64,000 bases of DNA from a virus. The translations under genes and the position numbers were made by a program. Positions within the stretch are counted from its first letter, which is position 1; each line of letters begins with the position of its first letter. Positions 8,975-18,931 of the stretch are shown in pieces. The DNA is taken from the IMG/VR virus record IMGVR_UViG_3300042508_000221, positions 1-64,000 of that record; one strand, given 5' to 3'. The notes under the pieces were generated by a model that was given only the letters and a program-made list of their open reading frames with translations, had not been told where the DNA came from and did not search any database.

Positions 8975-9703
8975 ATGCTGATCCGAGTCGGTAACGTCGA
9001 AGCGGAAATCAAAGTCGCGGCGGTGATGAGCACCCCGCGACTTGGATTTACCGACAATTTCTTCTGCGTCTCGTCGGCACTGGCCCCGCATGGCATCAGT
9101 CCCATCAAGGTGACGGGTGCTTTCTGGGGCCAGTGCCTTCAGCGAGCGATGGAGCAGGTCGTCGATACCCACGACGTGATCCTGACCATCGACTACGACA
9201 CAGTCTTCAATGCAAAGACTGTCGAGGCGCTGCTGGCTCTGCTTCTGCACTCTGGCTACGACGCCATCGCGCCGCTCCAGACCAAGCGGGAAGCGAATGC
9301 GGTCATGTTCGCCCTGCCGGGGAACACCCCCGACGAGAAGACGACTGTAGACGGCGACTTCTTCCAGAAGGTGGTGCAGCCGGTCGAGACGGCTCACTTC
9401 GGACTGACGTTCCTGCGGACGGCTGGCCTCAAGAAGATGAAGAAGCCCTGGTTCCTCGCCAGGGCGAATGATGATGGCGAGTGGACGGGCGGGCACACTG
9501 ACGAAGACATCGGCTTCTGGAAGGGCTGGGCCGCCTGCGGCAACAAGCTCGGGCTGGCAACGCACGTCAGCGTCGGGCACGCCGAACTGATGGTCACATG
9601 GCCCTCTCGGACGGCCGAGGGCGGCAAGGTGCAGCAGCACACGACTGAGTATTGGAACGGCGGCCAGAAGGCACCAGAGAACGCCTGGGGGCAGGTTCAT
9701 TGA
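8975..9703 (+). CDS. GT-A fold (family 2-like) glycosyltransferase in the head module
   Basis: ILTIDYD DxD motif, AHFGLTFL, KPWF, DEDIGFW, VGH. Confidence 0.7.
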   Translation: MLIRVGNVEAEIKVAAVMSTPRLGFTDNFFCVSSALAPHGISPIKVTGAFWGQCLQRAMEQVVDTHDVILTIDYDTVFNAKTVEALLALLLHSGYDAIAPLQTKREANAVMFALPGNTPDEKTTVDGDFFQKVVQPVETAHFGLTFLRTAGLKKMKKPWFLARANDDGEWTGGHTDEDIGFWKGWAACGNKLGLATHVSVGHAELMVTWPSRTAEGGKVQQHTTEYWNGGQKAPENAWGQVH

Positions 9704-9891
9704 AGATTCGCGTCCTCCAAAACTTTGACTGCTACGAAAAAGGCCAAGTCTTCGAGGACTGGGCTGGTGGGATGTGCGACATCCTCATCCGCCGTGGGCT
9801 GATCGAAGAGGTGGAGACGGCCGAGGCCGTTCCAGTGGCCGTCGAGCGAGCCGAAGTAACGACGAAGCAAGTACCAAAAAAGAGGCGATAG
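9700..9891 (+). CDS. Small head-associated hypothetical protein
   Basis: TTG start overlapping the upstream stop; LIRRGLIEEV pattern and basic tail. Confidence 0.5.
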   Translation: MKIRVLQNFDCYEKGQVFEDWAGGMCDILIRRGLIEEVETAEAVPVAVERAEVTTKQVPKKRR

Positions 9892-10530
9892 ATGGACACG
9901 ATTGTCTTCGGTACGCCGCAGAAGCCGACAGCGTCGATCACGCCGTTTCGCAGCCTAGTTCGCATCACACCGCCGGCCGTGGAGCCGGTCAGTCTGGCGT
10001 TCGCCAAGCAGCACTGCCGCGTCGATACGGATGCGGACGATCTCTACATCCAGTCGTTGATCTCGGTGGCGAGGCAGTACGTTGAGGATGTGCTGGACAT
10101 CACGATCTGCTCGACGGTCTGGGAGGTCAAGTATGACCTGTTCCCCGTCTGGGCGATCGTCCTGCCCCGCCTGCCCATGCTGGATCGTGCCGTGACGGTG
10201 ACTTACCGCAGCGGCGACGGCACCTATAGCCAGCTCTCGAGCGCCACCGACTTTCAGGTCGACGCCAGCGTGATCCCAGGCCGCATCTACCCGCAGTGGG
10301 CTCGCTCCTGGCCGGCGACCCGCGGCGACGAGAATTCGGTGACGGTGCGGTACTCGGCGGGCTACGGCGACGACGGGCAGGCAGCGCCCCCCATCGTGAA
10401 GCACCTGATTCTTCTTTTGACGGCCCATTGGTACGACACGAGACAGCCGGCCGTCGCCGGGGCTCCGCAGTCGGTGCCGCACACGTTCGACACGCTTCTG
10501 GCTGCGGCCAGCATGGGGGTCTACCGATGA
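9892..10530 (+). CDS. Head-tail connector (gp6/gp15-like)
   Basis: PAVEPVSLAFAKQHCRVD..DD.YI..LI..AR; ILLLTAHWYDTR. Confidence 0.9.
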   Translation: MDTIVFGTPQKPTASITPFRSLVRITPPAVEPVSLAFAKQHCRVDTDADDLYIQSLISVARQYVEDVLDITICSTVWEVKYDLFPVWAIVLPRLPMLDRAVTVTYRSGDGTYSQLSSATDFQVDASVIPGRIYPQWARSWPATRGDENSVTVRYSAGYGDDGQAAPPIVKHLILLLTAHWYDTRQPAVAGAPQSVPHTFDTLLAAASMGVYR

Positions 10531-10856
10531 CTGTACGGGCCCGAATCGACGTTGACGCCGTCTACCACGACGTGAGCGACTCGTCGCTGACAATCGGCAA
10601 CTTGGCGGAGCACCTTTCGCCGGCCCTGACAACGGCCCAGACGATCAGCGGGAGCGTCGGCACGGCGGCGGTGCAGATCGTCGGTGCCACGCCCCTGTCG
10701 ACGCTGGTGGTCAAGAACACGGGCTCGAGCGCCCTGCGGCTGGCTGGCAGCATCAACGTCTCAGCGGGCCGGCTGGCCGTCCTGCCCGTGACGGCGACGA
10801 TCACGGTCTCGGCTCCCTCGGGATCAGGCACCTACACCGCACTCTGGATGGGGTGA
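10527..10856 (+). CDS. Hypothetical virion protein
   Basis: ATGA-coupled beta-rich ORF among neck genes. Confidence 0.55.
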   Translation: MTVRARIDVDAVYHDVSDSSLTIGNLAEHLSPALTTAQTISGSVGTAAVQIVGATPLSTLVVKNTGSSALRLAGSINVSAGRLAVLPVTATITVSAPSGSGTYTALWMG

Positions 10857-10859
10857 TCC

Positions 10860-11180
10860 ATGATCAACTCCGGCACCATGCGGGAGAGGGTGACGATCCA
10901 GAAGCCGGTCGAGAGCCAAAGCTCGTTCGGCGAGACGACGTTGACCTGGGAGGACGAGGCCACGGTTTACGCCAGCATCATGGGCGTCAGGGCCAGTGAC
11001 TACTTCGCTGCCCAGCAGGCAGGCGCGCTGGTCACGCATCGCATTCGCATCCGATTCTTCCCTGGCATCACGCACCAGCACCGCCTCCTCTGGCGTGGCC
11101 GCGTGATGGAGATTTCCAGCGTGCTTGAACGCGACTCCCGCTCGATCCATGAGATACTGGCGAGGGAGGAAGCGACATGA
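10860..11180 (+). CDS. Head closure protein (SPP1 gp16-like)
   Basis: G.MRERVTIQ, W....TVYASI, THRIRIRF. Confidence 0.9.
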   Translation: MINSGTMRERVTIQKPVESQSSFGETTLTWEDEATVYASIMGVRASDYFAAQQAGALVTHRIRIRFFPGITHQHRLLWRGRVMEISSVLERDSRSIHEILAREEAT

Positions 11181-11914
11181 TTACGCAAGGCCAGGGATCG
11201 CCGCGAGATTTCGGCGGCAGCACCGGCAAGTCGCTCGCCGAGGGCTTCGTCACGGTCAAAACGGCTGGCGTCCGCGAGTTGGCGGAGCAGTTGCAGGCCA
11301 TCGCCATCAAGATGGGCGAGCCGAAGGCGCTCGAGGACGCGACCAAGAAGGCCGCCGAACACATTCGGCGCGGATACCGGGCCAAAGTCGGCAACGCCAC
11401 GGGCAACCTCAAAAAGTCGGTAAGGATCAAGACGAAAACCTACGACGCAGCCGCCGTCGCGATTGTCGGCCCGTGGCAGTCAGGCACCGCCGGCAGTCGC
11501 GAGGGGGCAGAATCGGGGAATCATGCGTGGCTCGTCGAATTCGGCACCGACCGCCGCAAGCCGGGAACGAAAGGCCGTCGGACGTACCTCAACGTCCACC
11601 AGATGATCAACGGGAAGATGCGGCGTCATTCGTCGGCGAACAACCAGCAGTTTGCCAATATGTCGAAGGGCTACTACTTCCTGATGGGCAGCATCAACGA
11701 GGCCACTCGGCAGGCCGGCATGGGCAAGGGCTACCCGCACGACTTCGGCTACTCCGGCGGCAAGATGCACCCCGTCACGCTACACCCTGGCGAAGACTAT
11801 GCCCCCATGCCGGCAAAGCACGCGATGCAGCAGACCATCGACGAGCAGCAGGGGGCAGTATTCAACACGCTCAAGGCCGCCATCGAAAACACGCTGGCGA
11901 GGCTGACGCAATGA
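11177..11914 (+). CDS. HK97 gp10-like neck/tail completion protein
   Basis: TGNLKKSV, HAWLVEFGT, MPAKH.M motifs. Confidence 0.75.
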   Translation: MITQGQGSPRDFGGSTGKSLAEGFVTVKTAGVRELAEQLQAIAIKMGEPKALEDATKKAAEHIRRGYRAKVGNATGNLKKSVRIKTKTYDAAAVAIVGPWQSGTAGSREGAESGNHAWLVEFGTDRRKPGTKGRRTYLNVHQMINGKMRRHSSANNQQFANMSKGYYFLMGSINEATRQAGMGKGYPHDFGYSGGKMHPVTLHPGEDYAPMPAKHAMQQTIDEQQGAVFNTLKAAIENTLARLTQ

Positions 11915-12336
11915 TCATTTCGCCAGAAAAACACGTTTTCCAGAGGCTCGTCACCACCCCGGCGGTGGCGAGGCTGGTCGGATTTCAGGTCTACCCGATC
12001 GCGGTGCCGAAGAACGCCGTTCTGCCGTTCTGCGTCTACAAGCGGAACAACATCACCCGCGAAGCCCATCTTGCGGGGCCGATGTTCCAGCCGATTGTTC
12101 ACCTCCAGATCGCCTCCTGGGCACTCTATTACGACGCAGCCCGCGAGCTGGCCGACGAGGTACGACTTGCCTTGGATGGCCGCACCGGCACCCTCTCAGG
12201 CGTTACAATTAGTGATATACGGCTCGTGTCGGAGACGGACGACTATCTAGACCCAGCCGCCGTGGGAGCCCAGCTCCCGCCAGCCTACGAGGTTCGACAA
12301 CTATTTCAGATTCGGTGGTCGGAAGCCACTGACTAA
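11911..12336 (+). CDS. Tail terminator (DUF3168-like)
   Basis: VYP..VP....LPFCVY, QIASWA..Y..A..LA..VR.ALDG. Confidence 0.8.
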   Translation: MIISPEKHVFQRLVTTPAVARLVGFQVYPIAVPKNAVLPFCVYKRNNITREAHLAGPMFQPIVHLQIASWALYYDAARELADEVRLALDGRTGTLSGVTISDIRLVSETDDYLDPAAVGAQLPPAYEVRQLFQIRWSEATD

Positions 12337-12360
12337 GACTTTAGCGCAAGGAGGCGCACT

Positions 12361-12696
12361 ATGGCCGGTGTTGCAGCGATGGGCGTGACCATGAACTACT
12401 CTGGTCAGACCCTGACGATCACGAGCTTCAATGTCAACGACCAGATCGACAACGCCGACGGTTCGCACCTCGGCCAAGCCGTGGGCAGCCGCCGCGAGTA
12501 CGTCCCGACGTTCGTGCAGCGGGAAATCTCCTGCGACTACATCGCGTCGACCGTCATTACGGTTCAGTCGGCTGCTCTCAGCATCACCGGCCCCGGCGGT
12601 CTCAGCTTCTCCGGCAACGCCACCCTCACGGCCTCGACCGTTGGCGGCACCGTCGGCGATCTCCTCAAGGGCAATGCGACTTGGCGGGTGGCCTAA
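12361..12696 (+). CDS. Putative tail tube-like protein 1
   Basis: Position after the terminator; ID.SHLG motif, SFSG.A, C-terminal G.L.KG.ATW. Confidence 0.55.
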   Translation: MAGVAAMGVTMNYSGQTLTITSFNVNDQIDNADGSHLGQAVGSRREYVPTFVQREISCDYIASTVITVQSAALSITGPGGLSFSGNATLTASTVGGTVGDLLKGNATWRVA

Positions 12697-12716
12697 CCGC
12701 CTGGAGGTGACCCGAC

Positions 12717-13082
12717 ATGGCCGGGGCCACCGCACATGGCGCGACGTTTACCTTCCTGACGTTCGTCGGCAAGCTGACGGGCATCTCGGTGGAGATGCCT
12801 TCGGCGGAGGTCACGAACATGACCGCCGCGACGGACAGTCTTGGATACACGTTCATGGTGCCGACCGGCGAATGGGCCGGCGGCACCATAACCGTGGACT
12901 TCTTGACCACCAACGCCGACCCCCAGTTGTTCGTCAGGAAGGTCGGCGATCTCAAGTTCTCCTCGGCTGGATACACCATTATCCGCCGCGTGGTCTGCGA
13001 GTCCGCGTCAGTGAGCGCCCAGGCGGGCGAACTGGTTCGCGGGTCGTTCAAGTTTCTGATGACTGATTATCAAGGCACATAG
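12717..13082 (+). CDS. Putative tail tube-like protein 2
   Basis: Similar N-terminus (MAGATAHGATF) and C-terminal GELVRGSFKF; GGTITVDF. Confidence 0.55.
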   Translation: MAGATAHGATFTFLTFVGKLTGISVEMPSAEVTNMTAATDSLGYTFMVPTGEWAGGTITVDFLTTNADPQLFVRKVGDLKFSSAGYTIIRRVVCESASVSAQAGELVRGSFKFLMTDYQGT

Positions 13083-13126
13083 CCGGCAGGATGCCGCACA
13101 GCAAGCACTTTCTGGAGCAGATTGAT

Positions 13127-13498
13127 ATGGCACTTGATCGTAAAAGCATCCTGGCAGTCGACGACGTTCGCAAGGAGAAGTTTGCCGTTCCCGAGTGGAA
13201 GGGCGACGTGTTTCTTCGTGTCCTCACTGGCACCGACCGCGATCGTTTCGAGGAGTCCTACGCCGACCAGAAGATGAAGGCGTTCCGTATCCGCTTCCTC
13301 CTGCTTGCCTTGTGCGATGACGACGGCAAGCGGTTGTTCAGCGACGATGAGGCCGACATCCTCGGCAAGAAGTCTTCGGTGGTAATCAACCGCCTGTTCG
13401 AGGCCGGCTGGAAGCTCAACGCCTTCACGCAGGAGGCAGTGGATGACCTGGGGGAAGATTCGCCCTCCGGCCAGAAAGGCGCTTCTACTTCCGCCTAG
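13127..13498 (+). CDS. Tail assembly chaperone (gpG-like)
   Basis: VPEW.G.V..R.LTG.DRD.FE, LCDDDG.RLFS; SD GGAG upstream. Confidence 0.85.
   Translation: MALDRKSILAVDDVRKEKFAVPEWKGDVFLRVLTGTDRDRFEESYADQKMKAFRIRFLLLALCDDDGKRLFSDDEADILGKKSSVVINRLFEAGWKLNAFTQEAVDDLGEDSPSGQKGASTSA
13450..13456 (+). other. Programmed -1 frameshift slippery site GGGGGAA
   Basis: The -1 frame continues RFALRPERRFYFRLAATLGMSVKRLL into ORF 13513-13773. Confidence 0.75.
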
Positions 13499-13773
13499 CG
13501 GCAACGCTGGGCATGAGCGTGAAGCGGCTTCTGGCAGAGGTCGACAGTAAGGAGATCGCCGAGTGGTATGCGTTTGATCAGAGATGGCCGCTGCCTGACC
13601 CCTGGGGTCAGACGGCCAGACTGTGCAGGGTGATCATGGCCTCGTCGGGAAACTACAAGAAGCACGACCTCCCCGACGAGTCAGCGTTCATCCCGAGCGT
13701 GGTCAAGCCAGAGCAGTCGAAGTCGCAGATCATGTCTGAGTTGATGAAGCTGAGCACGCCAATTCAAGGATGA
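13450..13773 (+). CDS. gpT-like C-terminal part of the frameshifted tail chaperone
   Basis: RRFYFRLA..LGMSV..LL...DS.EI.EW.AF, typical of gpT; directly precedes the tape measure gene. Confidence 0.75.
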   Translation, partial: GGRFALRPERRFYFRLAATLGMSVKRLLAEVDSKEIAEWYAFDQRWPLPDPWGQTARLCRVIMASSGNYKKHDLPDESAFIPSVVKPEQSKSQIMSELMKLSTPIQG

Positions 13774-13777
13774 ATCG

Positions 13778-16700
13778 ATGGCAAACGGCTACCTCGGCAA
13801 AATCAGTGCAGTTGTTTCGGCGAATACGGCCGACTTCTCGAGCAAGCTCAATGCTGCCGCGAAGGACGTTCAGAAGTTCGCCAGCAGCATGCAGGGATCG
13901 CTGACGAGCGCCCAGTCAAGCTCATCTTCTGCGCTTCGGGGGATATACACCGATGCGCAGAAGCTCGAGCGGGCTCTGACGGCGATCTCGACGAGGAAGT
14001 TGTCGTTTCGAGGCTTTGCCGACAAGGACATCGACACCGCCGTAGGGCGGATGCAGGCTCTGTACTCTGCGACGGAGCAGATAAACAAGCCGCTCGCGTC
14101 TGCCGCGAAAGCCTTCAGCAAACTCCCGGCGGAGATTCAGGGGGCTTTCCTGCCGGCGTTGATTTCGTCGCAGAAGGCCGCTGAGTCGCTTGCCGATGAG
14201 ATTAATCGAACCGGAAAAGTCAGCGAGCAGCGATTTGACGCCGTTGCCGCGAAGATCGAACGAACGACTGCGGCAATGTCCAGGCTCAAAGAGGCGTCAT
14301 CGCTCGTTTCTGGGCTGGCGACCGGCAGAGAATTGGCATTCCAGCGACCCGAAATGGTCGCTGAGACGCGGCGGTCAGCATCGCTTCAATCGGACATAGG
14401 CAGACTGCCGGCGGCAGACATCGGCGGATACGCCGACCTTGTCACGCAGCAGCGGGCCGCAGCAGTTGAGACCGAGCGGCTCGCCGCCGCCCTCGAGAAG
14501 GCGAAGCTTTCCCGAAACGCCGACGTAGCCGCCGCGACTGCCGCCTATCAGTCGCAGCTCGCTGCGCAGAGGCAGTTGAACGACGAGATAGAACGTCGCG
14601 TCGGGGCGCAGGAAGCTGCGAGCAAGAGGGCGGCAGCAGCGGCAGGTGCGGAGATCGCCGTCCTCCAGAGGCGTGCGCAAGCAGAGAAGACAGCAGAGCT
14701 AGAGCGACAGGCTCAGGCTCAGAGGACGGCCGACGCAGAGATCGCTCTTCTCCAGCGTCGAGCACAGTCGCAAAAAGATGCCGAACTTGAGCGACAGGCT
14801 CAGGCTCAGAGGACGGCCGACGCAGAGATCGCCGTCCTTCAGAGGGTTCAGCAGGCCGCCAAGGCCGCGGAGCTTGAGAGACAGGCCCAGGCCCAGAAGA
14901 TTGCCGACAGCGAGATCGCGAACCTCCAGAGGGTTCAGCAAGCCGCCAAGGCCGCCGAGATTGAGCGACAGGCTCAGGCTCAGAGGACTGTCGATGCAGA
15001 ACTCGCCGTCCTCCAGAGGCGTGCGCAAGCAGAGAAGACAGCAGAGCTAGAGCGACAGGCTCAGGCTCAGAGGACGGCCGACGCAGAGATCGCTCTTCTC
15101 CAAAGGGTTCAGCAGGCCGCCAAGGCCGCCGAGATCGAACGGCAGGCGCAGTCGCAGAAGACGGCAGACGATGAGATCGCATCGCTTATACGAAGAGAGC
15201 AGGCCGCGAGGGCGGGAGCCACGGGCGGCGAAGGCAGCCTCGGACTCGGCCTAGACATCGAAGCCCCCGCCCGACAGCTTGGTGTGCTCCAGGGGAGCAT
15301 CTCCTCGCTGAAGAGCGTGATCGACACACTGCCAGAGCCGATGCGGGCGAGGTTCGTCCCCGCGATCCGCGAGGCAGAGGCCGAGTTCATTCGACTGAGT
15401 ACGGCGGCGGTGCCGATTGCTGCCGACATTGAGGCCGCTCGGCAGCGACTCATTCATCTGACTCAGGATGCCACCCGAGCCACGCAGGCGATGAACTTCT
15501 CGCAGTCGTTCGGTGGCGCTGGCGCAACTGGCGTAAACCTCGGCCTGGATCAGCGCGCCCTTCAGGGCTACAACGCGCAGTTGCAGATTCTGCAAGGTGC
15601 GATCTCGCGGGGCAGTGCCGAGGCCAGAGGGCCAGCCGTCGCGGCGTTTGAGCGGTTTCGTGCCGCTGTCTCAACCGCCTTCGACGAGGGCACCATCGAC
15701 TCTCGCGCGATGCGAGCGCAACTCGCAGCGCTTCGCACTGAAGCCATCGCCGCAGCCGCCGCAGCGGGCGGGGTGCGCGTCGGCACGTTAACTCGCGAGG
15801 TTTCAAGGGCCGGTGACGTTGGCAGGGCTGGGTTTGACAGATTCGGTCTTGCCCTCAATCAGGCAGGCTACGCCATCGACGACTTCATGTCTTCGACGGG
15901 CGGCCTTGAGTTCAAGCTTCGCGCCGTCAGCAACAACATCACGCAGATGGCGTTCATCCTTGGCGGCACGACCGGCCTGTTCGTCGGGCTCGGTGCGGTC
16001 ATCGCAGGGCAGGCCGCCGTTGCCATCATAAAGTTTATGAACAGCGGTCGATCCGCAGAGGATCAGACAAAGGCACTCAACGACGCCCTTGCAAAACAGA
16101 AGAGCCTTGTCGACGGTTTGGCGGAGTCCCACAAAGCGCTCGCTGACGCGATTCTGCGAGGTACAACGTCAAGCTCGTCGGAGTCCGAAAGGAAGATCGT
16201 AGCTGGACAAGCCGACTTGCGGCGACAGTCCGCAGAACTGTCGGCCGAACGCAAGGCGACGGCGGACACGGCTCCTCTTGCTCCGCAGTCGATCTCGCGG
16301 ATGATCGGTGAGTTCCTCGAGACCCGCCAGAGACGCAACGAGTTTCAGGGGGTCGCCGAGCTTCGTGCCGAACTCAACAAGCTTGAGAAACAGCTCAAGG
16401 CAGCCACGACCGTCGGCGAGCGGGCGACGATTCAGGGTCGCATTCGCGACACGGGGCGAGCGGAACTGGCGACCAGGGGTCGTCTGGCGGCAGGGCAGAC
16501 ACCAGACCAGACCGTCGTTCAGTCGGCGATCAGGGGGTCGGCTGACTCGTCGGAAAATGCGTACAACGGCACATTCCTTGGGTTCAACACGGAGCAGATG
16601 TTTGCCAACGCAACTACGCTGGGTGGGTCGTACTTTTCGGGCGTCAATAATGCGAGATATGACCAGCAGATCGCAGCAAACGAAGGTCTCCGCGGCCTTG

Positions 16701-18931
16701 CAGCACAGGTGCCGACATCTGTTCAGGGTCAGATCGAGGCGTTGCGCAAGTCGCAGGAACTGAAAAGGCCCGAGCAAGGCCAGCGGGATCTGGGTTTCAT
16801 CCCGACTGGCGTAGCGATTGACGCCGACCGCGAGATCGCAAAGTTCGAGGCGATGATCCAGTCGCTGCAAAAAGTGATAGAAAGCGGAGTCGTCGATTCC
16901 GCCGCAAAGACATACGCCGCATCTGTTGACGCAGCCAATTCGATCAGGGCAGCGCAAGAGGACGTTGCAGACGCCATCAAGCGAGGCGTGCCCCCTGCGC
17001 TCGCGTTTCAGGCTGAGTTGGACAAGCTTTCGTCTGAGCTTGCCGCGGCAGACGACGAACTCCGCACGGCTGTTACCGCGAGCCCAGATGACCCCAACAT
17101 CACGCCTGAGAGGCGGGAATCCGCCATCAATCGCGCGCAGGAGCGTGTGGAGAGCGTCAATCAGCAGCGTGCCGACGTGGAGTCGCGGGCGAGGGAAGTG
17201 CGTCTGGGCCGCACGTTCGGCGGCGAGCGGACAACGAAAGCTCTGTCATCGCTTGAGGGCAACGACAGGTTCGCGAACGAGCAGGCTGGTCTGGTCGCTC
17301 GCCTAAAGCGAGCTGTCGACGACGAGGTGCAGGCCCGTCGCAAGGCGTCAGAGGCGGCGGCGAGAGAGGCAGCGATCGTCGACCTGATTGCCAAGAAGCG
17401 GACGGAGGTCGCGAATTCCGGCAGCGACATCAACAAGCGAATGATCGCGGAGGCCGACATCAAGGCCGCAGAGGCAGACCTTGAGAAGGCGAAGGCTGCG
17501 AGAGAGGCGGCGTCCGCTGCATCCGACCTCGCCCAGAAAGCCTCCGAAGCCGCCGCCGCCCTGGCCGAGGCCGCCGCCGGCATCGAAGCCGCGTTGACCC
17601 GCATCCGCAAAGTCGGCGAATCGGCGTTGCAGAGGTCTGAGCAGGGCGCGGACGCCGCACAGAGGGCGTTTGAGGAAAACCCGCTGCGGGCAGGGGCCCG
17701 CGAAGCCAGAGATGCAGCCGAGGAGCGGCTGATCAATGACCGCGCTACGGTCGGCGGTGCCCAGGCGAGCCTAGACAATCGCCGCCGCGAGATTCAGCAA
17801 GACCCGCAGATGCAGGCGATCAACAGCGAACTTGAAGCCGCCACGCAACGCCGTAAAGACCTTGAGGCCAAGGGTGCGATCGGCGGCGGGCTTAATCAGG
17901 CTGAGAGCGCGGAGCTTGACGCCGCGGCCAAGCGAGAGATTGAGCTGCTCCGGCAGCGAGAAATGATGGCGCGACAGTTGACCGAGGCCGAGCGGAAGCA
18001 GCTTGACGCCATCAACAACGGCATCCTGGCTCGCGAGAAGGAGCTTGAGAAGGGTCGCCAGCGGGCCGCTGAAGACCCGACATTTAAACGCAGCATCGAT
18101 GCGGCGAACCAGATCATGGCCGACAGCGAGCGGCAGGCGAACGAGGCGCAGCAGCGGTACATCAATAATCCGACCGAGAAGAACCGTAAGGAGCGGGACG
18201 AAGCCGATGCTCGCCTCCGCAGCGATCGCCAGCGCGCCCAGGAGTTGCAGGACAATCTGGACAACAAGCGGAAGGAGATTGAGCGAGACCCAGCCGTCGC
18301 GGCAAACAACAAGGCAATCGCAGCGAACGACAAGCGTTTGGCTGATCTGGCCGAGAAGGAGGCGAAGGGTGGGCTCACAGGCCTGGAGATACAAGAGAGG
18401 GAACGCATTCAGGGAGAGAACCGCAGAATGCGAGGCGAGAATGAGGCAGCCATAGACGCTGGTACTCGTGACGAACGCAAGTCAATCGACGGCGAGCAAT
18501 ACACCCGCAACCAACGCGATCGCGCCCGCCGCGGACGCGACCTGGGCATGACTGACCGCGAGCGGTTCCGCCGCGACTTCGAGGAAGGCGCAGGAGCCGA
18601 CATCAACGCCCGCGCCGCCGAAATGCGGCGAGCCGGCGAAGACCCCACAAAGTTTCTCCGCCAAGCCTTGCGGAACCAGATGGAGCAAGTCGCCCCGATG
18701 CTCAAGGGCTTCCAAGACGAGCGGCAGACCGCCGCCCTGCAAGGCCCGTCCCGCGCCGCCCTAAACGTCTCCGACGTTTCGACGAGCCAGGGTGCCAGCG
18801 AACTTACCCGACTTCTCCGAGGCGAAGATTCGGCGAAGGACGTGAATCTCGCGGAGCTACAGAAGCAGACGGGCTACCTTGCCGACATCAGGGCTGACCT
18901 CAAGGCAAACAACCCAGGAGTGCTCCTCTAA
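13778..18931 (+). CDS. Tail tape measure protein
   Basis: 1717 aa, Ala/Gln/Arg-rich and helical; N-terminal LGKISAVVSANTADF; hydrophobic segment near aa 725-755. Confidence 0.9.
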   Translation: MANGYLGKISAVVSANTADFSSKLNAAAKDVQKFASSMQGSLTSAQSSSSSALRGIYTDAQKLERALTAISTRKLSFRGFADKDIDTAVGRMQALYSATEQINKPLASAAKAFSKLPAEIQGAFLPALISSQKAAESLADEINRTGKVSEQRFDAVAAKIERTTAAMSRLKEASSLVSGLATGRELAFQRPEMVAETRRSASLQSDIGRLPAADIGGYADLVTQQRAAAVETERLAAALEKAKLSRNADVAAATAAYQSQLAAQRQLNDEIERRVGAQEAASKRAAAAAGAEIAVLQRRAQAEKTAELERQAQAQRTADAEIALLQRRAQSQKDAELERQAQAQRTADAEIAVLQRVQQAAKAAELERQAQAQKIADSEIANLQRVQQAAKAAEIERQAQAQRTVDAELAVLQRRAQAEKTAELERQAQAQRTADAEIALLQRVQQAAKAAEIERQAQSQKTADDEIASLIRREQAARAGATGGEGSLGLGLDIEAPARQLGVLQGSISSLKSVIDTLPEPMRARFVPAIREAEAEFIRLSTAAVPIAADIEAARQRLIHLTQDATRATQAMNFSQSFGGAGATGVNLGLDQRALQGYNAQLQILQGAISRGSAEARGPAVAAFERFRAAVSTAFDEGTIDSRAMRAQLAALRTEAIAAAAAAGGVRVGTLTREVSRAGDVGRAGFDRFGLALNQAGYAIDDFMSSTGGLEFKLRAVSNNITQMAFILGGTTGLFVGLGAVIAGQAAVAIIKFMNSGRSAEDQTKALNDALAKQKSLVDGLAESHKALADAILRGTTSSSSESERKIVAGQADLRRQSAELSAERKATADTAPLAPQSISRMIGEFLETRQRRNEFQGVAELRAELNKLEKQLKAATTVGERATIQGRIRDTGRAELATRGRLAAGQTPDQTVVQSAIRGSADSSENAYNGTFLGFNTEQMFANATTLGGSYFSGVNNARYDQQIAANEGLRGLAAQVPTSVQGQIEALRKSQELKRPEQGQRDLGFIPTGVAIDADREIAKFEAMIQSLQKVIESGVVDSAAKTYAASVDAANSIRAAQEDVADAIKRGVPPALAFQAELDKLSSELAAADDELRTAVTASPDDPNITPERRESAINRAQERVESVNQQRADVESRAREVRLGRTFGGERTTKALSSLEGNDRFANEQAGLVARLKRAVDDEVQARRKASEAAAREAAIVDLIAKKRTEVANSGSDINKRMIAEADIKAAEADLEKAKAAREAASAASDLAQKASEAAAALAEAAAGIEAALTRIRKVGESALQRSEQGADAAQRAFEENPLRAGAREARDAAEERLINDRATVGGAQASLDNRRREIQQDPQMQAINSELEAATQRRKDLEAKGAIGGGLNQAESAELDAAAKREIELLRQREMMARQLTEAERKQLDAINNGILAREKELEKGRQRAAEDPTFKRSIDAANQIMADSERQANEAQQRYINNPTEKNRKERDEADARLRSDRQRAQELQDNLDNKRKEIERDPAVAANNKAIAANDKRLADLAEKEAKGGLTGLEIQERERIQGENRRMRGENEAAIDAGTRDERKSIDGEQYTRNQRDRARRGRDLGMTDRERFRRDFEEGAGADINARAAEMRRAGEDPTKFLRQALRNQMEQVAPMLKGFQDERQTAALQGPSRAALNVSDVSTSQGASELTRLLRGEDSAKDVNLAELQKQTGYLADIRADLKANNPGVLL
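14648..15190 (+). repeat. About 6.3 tandem 87-nt (29-aa) repeats in the tape measure gene
   Basis: AEIA.LQR..QA.K.AELERQAQAQRTAD units starting at 14648, 14735, 14822, 14909, 14996, 15083 and a partial one at 15170. Confidence 0.9.

Noticed and set aside
14648-15190. CRISPR array
   Set aside because: Units are contiguous in-frame coding repeats without unique spacers, and no cas genes are present.
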